Assembly (NCBI GenBank): GCA_964600575.1
Contig: CAZRJH010000001.1
Coordinates: 92,651 to 156,650 of the forward strand
Origin: an uncultured Gammaproteobacteria bacterium
GTDB lineage: Bacteria; Patescibacteriota; Microgenomatia; UBA8517
DNA: 64,000 nucleotides
Direction of reading: 5' to 3'
Shown here in pieces: positions 1 through 9,696 of the stretch (within the stretch, counting starts at the first letter, position 1; the number at the start of each line of letters is the position of its first letter). A program made the position numbers and the translations under genes. The notes under the pieces were generated by a model. It was not told the origin of the DNA and searched no databases. It saw only the letters and a program-made list of their open reading frames with translations.

Positions 1-68
1 CATAGCCAAGCGGCAAGGCACAGCGTGCGCAGCACCTGTATCCGAAGGTTCGAATCCTTCTGGCGCCT
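1..68 (+). tRNA. tRNA-Cys(GCA)-like, 5' end truncated by window edge, atypical anticodon arm
   Basis: D-arm GCC-AAGCGGCAA-GGC; T-arm GAAGG-TTCGAAT-CCTTC; acceptor 3' strand TGGCGCC plus U73 as in tRNA-Cys. The anticodon arm is 18 nt (bulged C24) with loop GCGCAGC centred on GCA. No encoded CCA. Confidence 0.75.
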
Positions 69-177
69 CTACCTGAAGGACTTTCAGGGAACGTTTGTAG
101 CATTGTCGCTACCGACGGCATGTCGAGGTGGCTCTGTGAAGCGATATCCCGTGGAGGGTCACCTTTTGGTCAAGTAT

Positions 178-252
178 TGGCTGCAAGCTCAAACGTGGAC
201 GAGCGCTGAGCTGAAAACTCAGAGGTTTTGGGTTCGAATCCCGAGCAGCCAG
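178..252 (+). tRNA. tRNA-Phe(GAA)-like with atypical acceptor (U1-A72, A8, G73)
   Basis: Acceptor TGGCTGC/GCAGCCA; D-stem GCTC/GAGC; anticodon stem CTGAG/CTCAG with loop CTGAAAA; T-arm TTGGG-TTCGAAT-CCCGA. Confidence 0.8.
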
Positions 253-254
253 CT

Positions 255-434
255 TGCCCAGCCAGTAACTATTTGCAAAAGTGCACACAATCAAGGTGTT
301 GCCTTATCGAACCAGTTTCGAATTTGCAGAAAAAATCCGAACCGAAAGGTAAGGACAGGTATTGACTGGGCATTATGATGTCTCATATTTCGCCGCTCAA
401 AGAAGTTGCGAGAGGATAAGAGGTGTGGGACATC
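255..434 (+). ncRNA. candidate structured non-coding RNA domains downstream of tRNA-Phe
   Basis: Closing stem 255-270/357-372 encloses several hairpins including a GAAA tetraloop; a second 15-bp stem 377-391/420-434 has G-U pairs only in + orientation. Confidence 0.45.
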
Positions 435-447
435 CTAGTTATTTTTT

Positions 448-511
448 GGGGCAGGTATCTGTCAAACTTTTATTAATAATAATTGTTTGAATCATTGACA
501 GAGCCTGCCCC
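448..511 (+). terminator. long stem-loop, probable terminator or processing structure of the tRNA region
   Basis: GGGGCAGG..TCTGTCAA (448-465) pairs with TTGACAGA..CCTGCCCC (495-511); the U-tract is weak. Confidence 0.45.
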
Positions 512-622
512 GTTCGCGTTTTGTCCCGTTAAAATATATTGCAGATAGCTAAAATTTCAATCTGGGAGAAGATGCCGAGACCGAAAGTCGAGGCAGTTTC
601 ATATGGTATATAATGATTTTCG

Positions 623-1132
623 ATGTTAATCCTTGGAATAGACCCCGGTACTGCAACAACAGGATTTGGTTTGGTGGAATATATTGATGACGGGAATAAG
701 GTTATCGAATGGGGTTTAATAGAAACGGATAAAACAGTTGTAAAAGAAAGACGTCTCGAACATATTTTTGAACAAACACTGGAACTTCTTAAAAAACATA
801 AACCCGATGTTTTTGTTATAGAAAAAGTATTCTTTTCCAATAATGCAAAAACGGTAATTGCAGTCGGACAAGCACAGGGTGTAATGCTTTTGGCTGCCAG
901 TAAAGCCAAAGTTCAAGTAATGGAATATGCTCCGGGTACTATTAAAAAAATGATCACAGGTTCGGGAAGGGCAAACAAAAAAGAAGTTCAGACACACATA
1001 AGGAAGATTTTAGGTAATCGTGTCAAAAGTGCCGCTCACAAAAAAACACACTTTGATAATGAGGCTGACGCGCTTGCAATTGCACTTACGCATGCGTTTA
1101 AAATTGGGGAAACAAAGTTAAAAGATGTTTAA
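623..1132 (+). CDS. ruvC: crossover junction endodeoxyribonuclease RuvC
   Basis: ILGIDPG start, IEKVFF, D-x-ADALAIA acidic catalytic motifs. Confidence 0.95.
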   Translation: MLILGIDPGTATTGFGLVEYIDDGNKVIEWGLIETDKTVVKERRLEHIFEQTLELLKKHKPDVFVIEKVFFSNNAKTVIAVGQAQGVMLLAASKAKVQVMEYAPGTIKKMITGSGRANKKEVQTHIRKILGNRVKSAAHKKTHFDNEADALAIALTHAFKIGETKLKDV

Positions 1133-1370
1133 AGTGGGAACCGTTAGTACATTTTTTTCTAAGGTTAGTGTGGCGTTTATTAAATTGGAAAATCCGCTTT
1201 CGGTCGGTGACACTATAAGGTTTGTTAAAAACGGCGAGACAAAATTTGAACAGAAAGTAGAGTCTTTGCAGGTTGGATACCGTAAAATTGATACTGCCGC
1301 CCGCGGGAGTATGGTAGGATTGAAAACTAATAATGAGGTTGAAAAGGAAACCGAAGTATTCAAAATTTGA
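1125..1370 (+). CDS. small beta-barrel protein (translation-factor domain II / U32 C-terminal-like)
   Basis: VGTVSTFFSKVSVAFIKL..LSVGDTI..QKVESLQ..G..VGLK pattern; overlaps ruvC stop. Confidence 0.6.
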   Translation: MFKVGTVSTFFSKVSVAFIKLENPLSVGDTIRFVKNGETKFEQKVESLQVGYRKIDTAARGSMVGLKTNNEVEKETEVFKI

Positions 1371-1749
1371 GTGGGAAGAAGCCCCTGATATAAAAGAACG
1401 GGTATTAAGACTGATTACCGTTCTCGAAATGGATACCGTGCTTTTTGAACGGGTCTTCTTTTTTAGATCTGAAGGGTCTAAATCTCGCGCTTATGCAAGA
1501 ACATGGGGTTTTCCAAAAATCTGGCAAAGTGCTCTCGGGGTGGAACCCGCCTATATAATAGAAGTTGTTTCTCACTATTTTGACAAGCTCTCAAAAAGAG
1601 ATCAAGACAAGGTCTTACTTCATGAACTTACACATATTCCAAAGAATTTCTCGGGGGCTCTGGTACCACACACCAGACACGGTAAAAGCAGCTTTCATAG
1701 AAAGTTGGATGAGTTGATAAGCAGGTATTACCAAAAAGAAAACCTATGA
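1333..1749 (+). CDS. putative Zn metallopeptidase (HExxH)
   Basis: VLLHELTHIP motif; AYARTWG, YIIEV. Confidence 0.7.
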   Translation: MRLKRKPKYSKFEWEEAPDIKERVLRLITVLEMDTVLFERVFFFRSEGSKSRAYARTWGFPKIWQSALGVEPAYIIEVVSHYFDKLSKRDQDKVLLHELTHIPKNFSGALVPHTRHGKSSFHRKLDELISRYYQKENL

Positions 1750-2420
1750 AGTCATTTCTTTTACACGGCGACGACAATGTAAGAAGTTACGAAAGACTTA
1801 CTAAATTTATTGATAGTGCAAAAAAAAGAAATTGGGAACTGAACTTTGTCGACGATACTAATACTTCTTTTAGAGATGTATTTGCTTCAACATCTCTTTT
1901 TGGAGGTGAGCGGTTTTTTATTCTTAAAAAAGTCAAAAAAATCCCGTTGAGAGATTTAGAGTGGTTGGGTAGCCATGCCGAGAAACTCGAAGGTACTTTG
2001 ATAATTTATGACGAAGGTGTCGTAGGTAAAACAATACTTGAGGTGTTACCCAAAGATATTGCTGTAGAAACATTTACTCTCCCGGTTATAATTTGGAGTT
2101 TTTTAGAAGGAATTTACCCAGGGAGTCTCAAAAATACCCTAAATTTATTCCATAAACTTTTAGAGAACAACCCCCCCGAGTTTTTACTTCCATTTGTCGC
2201 CAAGCATTTTAGAAAACTATATTGGGCAACAAACGACCCCGGTAGTCTTAAAGTTGATACATGGAAAATGGACAAATTAAAAAAACAAGCCGAAAAGTTC
2301 AAAGATTTAAATTTGGCACTAATAATTTTTAAACTTTCCGAAATAGATATAGCATCCAAAACAGGAAGAGGTGATTTGGTTTCTTTACTTGACCTTTTCT
2401 TTGTTGAGATATTAGAATAA
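1746..2420 (+). CDS. holA: DNA polymerase III delta subunit-like
   Basis: LLHGDD N-terminus, SLFGGERFF, C-terminal IDIASKTG motif typical of short HolA. Confidence 0.7.
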   Translation: MKSFLLHGDDNVRSYERLTKFIDSAKKRNWELNFVDDTNTSFRDVFASTSLFGGERFFILKKVKKIPLRDLEWLGSHAEKLEGTLIIYDEGVVGKTILEVLPKDIAVETFTLPVIIWSFLEGIYPGSLKNTLNLFHKLLENNPPEFLLPFVAKHFRKLYWATNDPGSLKVDTWKMDKLKKQAEKFKDLNLALIIFKLSEIDIASKTGRGDLVSLLDLFFVEILE

Positions 2421-2438
2421 CTTCTGCCCTTTTCCCAT

Positions 2439-4550
2439 ATGGATTTAAAAGATAACGAACTTGTTTTGCAAAAAATTAAGAACGGATTTGCAACTCTAAA
2501 AGTTGAGGATAAATACAAGGAGAAGGCTCTTGGTTTTATTACTTCATGGCTAATCGATCCCGAGTTTAAAGATTATGTTCCACAAATCCTGCATTTTGTT
2601 GAAAGTGGGGATTGGGATTATCTTTTGGATTGTTTTTATCAGGTTATACCGTTTGGTACAGGCGGCAGGCGAGGCGAGGTTGGTATCGGTCCCAACAGGA
2701 TCAATAAATGGACTATCCAGTCTTCGGCACAAGGGCATTCACAATATTTAAAAAAGATTTACTCGGATTCTGTTTCTACCCGTGGAGTTGTACTTTCTTA
2801 CGGTGTTAGAGAATTTTTTACCAATAAACATATGAACGAAAGTTTACCCAACCCTGTAAGAAATCTTAAAGGTGTTGACTTGGCCAACGCGGCAGCAGAA
2901 GTTTATTCGGCAAACGGAGTGAAAGTATTTTTATTCGACGCCCCGCGTACAACTCCGGAGCTATCTTTTGCTATAAGATATTTAAAAGCTACTGCAGGGG
3001 ATATGTTTGATGCCTCCCACAACCCGCCTGAACATAACGGCAAGAAAGTCTACGACGAGTTTGGAGGACAGCTTGTTCCACCAGACGATGAAGCCCTGGT
3101 TAACGAAGTTACTAAAAATGTTAAGGAAATTTTTAAAATTACATTGGACGAGGCTAAGGCAAAGGGTTTATTGGAAATAATCGGAGAAAAAATAGATAAC
3201 GCTTTTGTAGACGAGATTGTAAAAATTTCGCTTTCCAAAAACAGAGACCTTAACATTGTTTACACCCCGCTTCATGGAGTCGGTTCTACATCAGTACTTT
3301 TGGCACTCCAAAGACTTGGTTTTAGTGTTAAAAGCGACCCTAAAACAAGTTTTCAAAGCGGAAAGTTTGAAAATGTAACATTCAATATTCCAAACCCCGA
3401 GGTTATTCAATCGTTTGACACCACATTAGTCTTTGCCAAGGAGGTAAACGCCGATATTATTTTAAATAGCGATCCCGATGCAGATAGGATTGGTGTTATG
3501 GTCAACCATAATGGCGGCTGGACTTATCTAAACGGAAACGAAATCGGTGCAGTTTTAACCGCGTATGTTTTAGAAAAAACAAAAGACAAAATTAAAAAGG
3601 GTGTTGTTGTAAAGACTACTGTAACAACAAATCTAGCAACAAGAATCGCTGTTCAAAACGGGGCAGAAATTATTGGAGAACTCCCCGTAGGTTTTAAATA
3701 CATAGGACAAGAAATGAATCGGTTAGAAAAAGAAGGAAGAATTGGGGATTTTCTTTTGGGTATAGAAGAAAGCAACGGATATATTGCGGGCAACTATTTG
3801 AGAGATAAAGACGCGGCAATTGCAGGGGTTTGGTTGGCTGAATTGGCTGCCGATATGAAAGTTCAGGGTAAAACACTTGTGGATTACCTTACCGATGTTT
3901 ATTCAAAATACGGTTACTTTAGAAACTATCTTACGGAAATCAGACTTCCCGGTGCCGAGGGAATGGAGCAAATACAAAAAATTCAAAAATCCTTAAGAGG
4001 TAAAACCCCAACTGAGTTTGCAGGTTTTAAAGTTAAAGAGGTGGAAGATTTCCAAAACAGAAAACCTATCGTCTCCGAAACAGACAATTCTTCGAAAGAC
4101 TTGATGGTTTTTCATATGAAGCCGCCCGAAGGATACGAAACGATGCGAGTTACAGTAAGGCCGTCAGGTACAGAGCCGAAATCTAAAATGTATTTTGAGA
4201 TAGGCACAAAGCCTTTTGAGCTTTCGGAATATAAAGAAATAAAAGACAAAACCGAAACTCTTACAAAAGAGTTTGAGAAGTCCGTTCTTAAATACTGCTA
4301 CAAAATAATTGGAATCGATTTTCCCGACAGAGGATTCTTGCTTTTTTGGCAAATTCCTATGAAAGATAAAATGAAATATTTTGAAATAGAACCGCAAATA
4401 GAAGCACTAAAATCCGAGAAAGATCAAAAAGTTAAGGAGGAAAAACTTAATCAAGTAATGGAGTTTTTGGGCAAAGATCCAATTCAAAAAGTTGACGATG
4501 CTTTTAAAGCAAAGAATGGTGTGGGAATAAAAGAATATCTCGGATTGTAA
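2439..4550 (+). CDS. phosphoglucomutase/phosphomannomutase family protein
   Basis: FGTGGRRG, ASHNP phosphoserine loop, DPDADR, EESNG, RPSGTEPK. Confidence 0.93.
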   Translation: MDLKDNELVLQKIKNGFATLKVEDKYKEKALGFITSWLIDPEFKDYVPQILHFVESGDWDYLLDCFYQVIPFGTGGRRGEVGIGPNRINKWTIQSSAQGHSQYLKKIYSDSVSTRGVVLSYGVREFFTNKHMNESLPNPVRNLKGVDLANAAAEVYSANGVKVFLFDAPRTTPELSFAIRYLKATAGDMFDASHNPPEHNGKKVYDEFGGQLVPPDDEALVNEVTKNVKEIFKITLDEAKAKGLLEIIGEKIDNAFVDEIVKISLSKNRDLNIVYTPLHGVGSTSVLLALQRLGFSVKSDPKTSFQSGKFENVTFNIPNPEVIQSFDTTLVFAKEVNADIILNSDPDADRIGVMVNHNGGWTYLNGNEIGAVLTAYVLEKTKDKIKKGVVVKTTVTTNLATRIAVQNGAEIIGELPVGFKYIGQEMNRLEKEGRIGDFLLGIEESNGYIAGNYLRDKDAAIAGVWLAELAADMKVQGKTLVDYLTDVYSKYGYFRNYLTEIRLPGAEGMEQIQKIQKSLRGKTPTEFAGFKVKEVEDFQNRKPIVSETDNSSKDLMVFHMKPPEGYETMRVTVRPSGTEPKSKMYFEIGTKPFELSEYKEIKDKTETLTKEFEKSVLKYCYKIIGIDFPDRGFLLFWQIPMKDKMKYFEIEPQIEALKSEKDQKVKEEKLNQVMEFLGKDPIQKVDDAFKAKNGVGIKEYLGL

Positions 4551-4559
4551 TTTTCCTAA

Positions 4560-5333
4560 ATGAAATCACACAAAGATTATTTTGAAGTCGCACAAAAAAT
4601 AAACGAAGACGTGGCTGCATATCTTACTGCGAACTTTGGCACCGTTAAAGAGATGACCCAAAAAGAAGGCAGTCATTACGGAATAAAAGAAGACTTGGTA
4701 GCCAACAAGATGTATGAGGACTTTCTAAAAAAAGAAACTCCGGAGGTTGCATTGTTTACGGAAGAAGGCGAGCGTAATTTAAAATCCGATTTAGTTTGGG
4801 TGATAGATCCCATAGAAGGCACCTCCAACTACCGTTCGTGTAATCCGTTTTTTGCTACCCAGATAGCTCTTCTGGAAAAAAACGAACCCGTTCTTTCGAT
4901 TGTGAATTCTCCAATTCTCAATCAAAAGTTCACGGCGGTTAAAGGTAATGGGGCGTTTTTAAACTCTAAAGAAATTAAACCCGGTTCCCAAAAAGATTTA
5001 GACAAATGTTTGGTAGAAATGGGTCGAGGCACCACAAACGAAGATAAAGATTGGTATGTTGAAACACTTGGTAAAATTATCAAAAAAGTAAAAACTTGCA
5101 GGTCTTTCGGCTCTGCAGGGCTTTGCATTTCATATGCCGCCGCCGGAATATTTGATGTTTATGTCAATAACGGAAGTCAAATTTATGACTTGGCCTCAGG
5201 AGCTTTAATTGCAATGGAGGCAGGAGCAACCGTTACAAATTTTGAAGGGTCGCCTTGGTCGGTATCAGCCGGCAAAAATATCTTGATAACAAACTCTGAT
5301 CTTTCGGATCAATTTCTAAATCTAATAAAATGA
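4560..5333 (+). CDS. inositol monophosphatase family protein
   Basis: TEE..WVIDPIEGTSNY, GSAGL, YDLASG motifs. Confidence 0.9.
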   Translation: MKSHKDYFEVAQKINEDVAAYLTANFGTVKEMTQKEGSHYGIKEDLVANKMYEDFLKKETPEVALFTEEGERNLKSDLVWVIDPIEGTSNYRSCNPFFATQIALLEKNEPVLSIVNSPILNQKFTAVKGNGAFLNSKEIKPGSQKDLDKCLVEMGRGTTNEDKDWYVETLGKIIKKVKTCRSFGSAGLCISYAAAGIFDVYVNNGSQIYDLASGALIAMEAGATVTNFEGSPWSVSAGKNILITNSDLSDQFLNLIK

Positions 5334-6274
5334 AAGGAACATTTTTATCCGTAGGAAATTTATATTTGGAAACAAACTTTCTTGGAGTGCTTGCGAACGG
5401 GAGTGATGTTTTAACTGTAGGCAAGGAATATTCTGCAAGCAGCTACGAAAGCCTTCTTGGAGGGTCGGCTGTTAACTTTGCAACCCAGCTTAAGAAATTG
5501 GGTGTTGATGTAGGAGTTTTGGGGAAGATCGGGGAGGATGTAGAAGGCGAAAAACTAAAAAATTTATTAAGCCAAGCAGGAGTAGAAAACAAATTTGTTA
5601 AAAAAGAAAAAGGCGTTCAGACAAACTATGCGTTTGGAGTAGTTTTTGAAGGCAGTGCCCAAAATATTCAATTTGCAGCCGGGAGCGCTAATCAGTCGTT
5701 AAATATAAAAGACATCGATTTGGAATCAGAGGACTTTAGCCAAGTTTCTGATATTTATTTTGGAGGGTCTTTTAAACAAAAAAAGTTGTGGCCTTATTAT
5801 CCGGAGTTGTTTAAAACCCTTAAAGAAAAAGGAGTACGAATATTTTTGGACCATGGCAGGGTTCCTGTTGATGCGAACGACGAATGGATTTCTTATGTCT
5901 TTAAGTCCTTACCTTACGTCGAAGGTTACTTTTTGAATAACGACGAAGTATTAGATGTAACAAAAGAAAAAGATATAGAAAAAGCTCTTCAAAAAATAAA
6001 AAACTTTAATAATGGCTTTACTGCACTTAAACTGGGCCCTTTGGGTTGCAGAGTAGAAACTGCGGAGGAATCGTTTGCCTCCGAAGGTCATAAAGTTGTT
6101 GCAGTTAACACGGTTGGGGCGGGAGATGCATTTAATGCCGGCTTCATAAGTAAATTTATTAATGGATCGAGCCTCGAAGATTCCGCCAAGTTTGCAAACG
6201 CGCTTGCGGCTATAAGAGTAAGTTTAAATCATCAACCCGAGCAAAAAGAGGTAGATGATTTTTTAAACAAATAA
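5330..6274 (+). CDS. PfkB-family carbohydrate kinase
   Basis: GGSAVNFA N-terminal signature and NTVGAGDAFNAG C-terminal signature. Confidence 0.92.
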   Translation: MKGTFLSVGNLYLETNFLGVLANGSDVLTVGKEYSASSYESLLGGSAVNFATQLKKLGVDVGVLGKIGEDVEGEKLKNLLSQAGVENKFVKKEKGVQTNYAFGVVFEGSAQNIQFAAGSANQSLNIKDIDLESEDFSQVSDIYFGGSFKQKKLWPYYPELFKTLKEKGVRIFLDHGRVPVDANDEWISYVFKSLPYVEGYFLNNDEVLDVTKEKDIEKALQKIKNFNNGFTALKLGPLGCRVETAEESFASEGHKVVAVNTVGAGDAFNAGFISKFINGSSLEDSAKFANALAAIRVSLNHQPEQKEVDDFLNK

Positions 6275-6288
6275 ATTAGAATAAACCA

Positions 6289-7329
6289 ATGGCAGATTCC
6301 GAAACGATTAAAAAACTGGATACAATGGGTGTAAAAGTCGCACTCGATAAATTTTGCGACCAGATAGAAACAACTTTTAATCAAGCTCTAGAAAGTAATA
6401 TAGAAAAACTAAAGTTTGATAAAGTTGTGATTAGCGGAATGGGCGGCTCCAGTAACGCCGCAAAGCTTATAGCGGGCGTGTACGAAGCCGACTTACACGT
6501 TCCTATATTTCCGTACAACGACTACAGGCTTCCTGCCTGGGCCGATAAAAATACTTTAGTTGTAAGTAACTCGTACTCCGGTAATACGGAGGAGAATCTT
6601 TCCACTATCGAGGCGGCAGAAAAAATAGGGGCAATGGTTATTGGTGTAGCCACGGGGGGGAAGATTGCAAAAATGATAGAGGAAGAAAAAATCAAAGGAG
6701 CGGTAATAACCCCGGGTGAAACAAATCCTACGGGGTTTCCAAAAACAGGTCTAGGAGTTTCTTTGGGTGGGCTTTTGGGTGCTTTGGTTAAAGTTGGTTT
6801 ATTGGACGTTTCCAAAGACTCTTTGTTGTTGGTGCTTGATGAAATTAAGAAAGTTGCAAGTGAGTGGAGTGTCCAAAAAACAGCAGAATTTTTACACGGT
6901 GCCTCACCTGTGCTTTATTGTGGGCGGCCCTTTGTAGGAGCTCTTAATGCCGGGCGCAACGCTATGTGCGAAATTTCCAGAAACTTTACACAGTTTTATG
7001 ATTTCCCTGAAGTTAATCATGTACAAATAGAAGCCACGCAAAAACCCGAGTGGGTAAAGACACAGCTCAAGTATGTTTTTTTTGAAAGTGAATTTTTGAA
7101 CGAAAGAGTTAAGCTTAGATACAAAATAACAAAAGAAATTTTTGATAGACAGGGACTAACTCACAGGACTGTTAACTTAAAGACTTCTACTAAACTGTCT
7201 CAAGCTTTGGAACTCGCCTATTTCTGCGGTTCGGTAGCTTTTGAGCTTTCTATGTTAGACAACACCGATCCGGGCCCCGAACCTTGGATAATTGAATTAA
7301 AACAGGCACTCTCCCAGCCCGTCCACTAA
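6289..7329 (+). CDS. bifunctional phosphoglucose/phosphomannose isomerase (SIS domain)
   Basis: GMGGSS, SYSGNTEE, FPEVNH motifs. Confidence 0.88.
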   Translation: MADSETIKKLDTMGVKVALDKFCDQIETTFNQALESNIEKLKFDKVVISGMGGSSNAAKLIAGVYEADLHVPIFPYNDYRLPAWADKNTLVVSNSYSGNTEENLSTIEAAEKIGAMVIGVATGGKIAKMIEEEKIKGAVITPGETNPTGFPKTGLGVSLGGLLGALVKVGLLDVSKDSLLLVLDEIKKVASEWSVQKTAEFLHGASPVLYCGRPFVGALNAGRNAMCEISRNFTQFYDFPEVNHVQIEATQKPEWVKTQLKYVFFESEFLNERVKLRYKITKEIFDRQGLTHRTVNLKTSTKLSQALELAYFCGSVAFELSMLDNTDPGPEPWIIELKQALSQPVH

Positions 7330-7373
7330 AAGGAGGTTGAAAAAGTTTTTCCTAACTTCTATTATTAATATGT

Positions 7374-9641
7374 ATGGCTGCCCACCCGCTTGTTGCCTTT
7401 TTTAAGGATTTAGATAAACACGACACACTTCTTGTAGGCGGTAAAGGTGCAAATCTTGGAGAAATGACCAAAGCCGGGTTTCCCGTTCCAAACGGATTTG
7501 TCGTTACCGTAAACGCATACGATGCTTTTCTGGAAGAAAATAATCTGGCAAAACATGTATATGAAATTCTTGCCACAACAGATGTAAACGATCCGCATCA
7601 GTTAAGTAGTGCTTCAACAAGAATTCAAAAGATGGTTACAAACGGCGTTTTTCCGGAAATTGCCGCAAAAGAAGTAGTTAAGTCTTACAAAAAACTTTCG
7701 GGTGTGTTTAAAAAAGCCTTGGTTGCAGTTAGATCTTCCGCTACGGCGGAGGATGCGGGTGATACATCGTTTGCAGGTCAGCAGGCTAGTTTTTTGAATG
7801 TTAAAGGGGATGCAAACCTTTTGATGATGGTAAAAGAGTGTTGGGCATCGCTTTTTACCCCCAGATCAATTTTTTATAGAGTAGAAAACAAAATTAAACA
7901 CGAAAGCGTGAAGATCGCCGTAGTCGTGCAAAAGATGGTTCAATCAGAAGTTTCCGGAGTAATGTTTTCTATCGACCCCACAAATAACGACAAAGAAAGA
8001 ATAATAATCGAATCGGTGTGGGGACTTGGAGAAATGATAGTTCAGGGCTCGGTTGTGCCGGATAAGTATGTTGTTCAAAAAGGAACATTTATGACACTTT
8101 CTAAAGAGATTTCCGACCAGTCTGTTCAACTTATAAAAGAAAACACAATAACAAAAGAAAGAGAAGTTCCGCTAAAAATTCGCGGCAAACAAAAGATTAC
8201 TGACGAAGAAATAACAAAGCTGGCAAAAATCTCGGCTAGACTACAGGAACACTATTACTTCCCGCAGGATAGTGAATGGGCAAAAGAGAAAGGTGAACTT
8301 TACATTGTTCAGACACGTCCCATTACAACAATAGCTGCTGTTAAAAGAACCGAAAGAGCCGAGTCTAAAGACGGCGTTCAGATGGCTCAAGCCCCTATAC
8401 TCACGGGAGCTGCCGCATCCCCTGGGATGGGAACGGGAACCGTTAAAATTCTTAAAAGTCCAAAAGAAATAGGAAAGATTGGAAAAGGCGATGTCTTGGT
8501 GGCTCCCATGACCTCCCCCGACTATGTACCTGCAATGAAAAAAGCGGAAGCGATAATCACCGATCAGGGCGGGCAAACTTCCCATGCGGCGATTGTTTCC
8601 AGAGAACTCGGCATACCTGCAGTTGTTGGTACGCAGACTGCTACAAAAACACTAAAAGACGGAATGATTGTTACGGTAAACGGGGAGACGGGGCAGATTT
8701 TTTCGGGGGCAAAGGTTACCAATGAAAATGTTGAAAAAGTTGATACAAAACCAAAATTTGCTCACACCAAGACCGCAACCAGAGTTTATGTTAATTTAGC
8801 CGAGCCGGAGCGGGCCGCGGAAATATCTAAACTTCATGTCGACGGCGTCGGACTTTTGCGGGCAGAATTTATGATTGCCAACATAGGAATTCACCCTAAA
8901 GAAGCTATAAAGAAAAAGGAGCAGGGGAAGTTTATCGAAAAACTTGCGGATGACCTTACCACTTTCTGTCGCAACTTTTACCCCAGGCCTGTTGTTTATC
9001 GTGCTACAGACTTTAAGACAAACGAATACAGGAGCCTTCCGGGAGGAAAGTATTGGGAGCCCGAAGAACCAAACCCCATGCTTGGTTTTAGAGGGGCTTA
9101 CAGATATGTAAGTAATCCCGAAGTTTTTAATCTAGAACTTACCGCCATTAAAAAAGTTAGAGAAAAATATGACAACCTCCATTTGATGATTCCGTTTTGT
9201 AGGTCGGTTGAGGAGTTGGCCAAAGTCAGAAGACTTGTCGCCTCGGAAGGTCTTTTCGAAAAATCATCTTTTAAGTTTTGGATGATGTGCGAGATCCCTA
9301 TAAATGTTATTCTGATAGAGGACTTTATTAAGGTAGGAATAGATGGTGTATCGGTCGGCTCCAACGATTTAACAATGCTTTTGGAGGGAACAGATAGAGA
9401 CAACGCCGAAGTTGCTACAGAATTTAACGAAAGAAGCGAAGCGGTTTATTGGGCATTGCGTAGAGTAATCAGGAAATGTCACAAACACGGGGTCACAGTT
9501 TCTATTTGTGGACAAGCGCCTAGTGAATATGAAGACTTGGTTAAAAAACTTGTTAAATGGGGCATAACCAGTGTTTCTATAAACCCCGATTCTGTGGATA
9601 GAGTTAGGGGCGTAATAGCAGAAGCAGAAAAGGAGATATAG
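7374..9641 (+). CDS. ppsA: phosphoenolpyruvate synthase
   Basis: GGKGANLGE, VRSSATAED, TSHAAIVSRE phospho-His, GLLRAEF, SNDLT. Confidence 0.96.
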   Translation: MAAHPLVAFFKDLDKHDTLLVGGKGANLGEMTKAGFPVPNGFVVTVNAYDAFLEENNLAKHVYEILATTDVNDPHQLSSASTRIQKMVTNGVFPEIAAKEVVKSYKKLSGVFKKALVAVRSSATAEDAGDTSFAGQQASFLNVKGDANLLMMVKECWASLFTPRSIFYRVENKIKHESVKIAVVVQKMVQSEVSGVMFSIDPTNNDKERIIIESVWGLGEMIVQGSVVPDKYVVQKGTFMTLSKEISDQSVQLIKENTITKEREVPLKIRGKQKITDEEITKLAKISARLQEHYYFPQDSEWAKEKGELYIVQTRPITTIAAVKRTERAESKDGVQMAQAPILTGAAASPGMGTGTVKILKSPKEIGKIGKGDVLVAPMTSPDYVPAMKKAEAIITDQGGQTSHAAIVSRELGIPAVVGTQTATKTLKDGMIVTVNGETGQIFSGAKVTNENVEKVDTKPKFAHTKTATRVYVNLAEPERAAEISKLHVDGVGLLRAEFMIANIGIHPKEAIKKKEQGKFIEKLADDLTTFCRNFYPRPVVYRATDFKTNEYRSLPGGKYWEPEEPNPMLGFRGAYRYVSNPEVFNLELTAIKKVREKYDNLHLMIPFCRSVEELAKVRRLVASEGLFEKSSFKFWMMCEIPINVILIEDFIKVGIDGVSVGSNDLTMLLEGTDRDNAEVATEFNERSEAVYWALRRVIRKCHKHGVTVSICGQAPSEYEDLVKKLVKWGITSVSINPDSVDRVRGVIAEAEKEI

Positions 9642-9696
9642 TATAAATCGGTTGAAAATTATATTATTAATTTAGACAGAAATATAAAATAAATTT

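Noticed and set aside
25-378. 117-aa ORF (and antisense 109-294)
   Set aside because: Overlaps both tRNA-like genes and the structured RNA; no protein motifs.
573-595. CCGAG/CCGAA near the ruvC promoter as an SOS box
   Set aside because: Spacing does not match the N6 direct repeat; better explained as a small hairpin.
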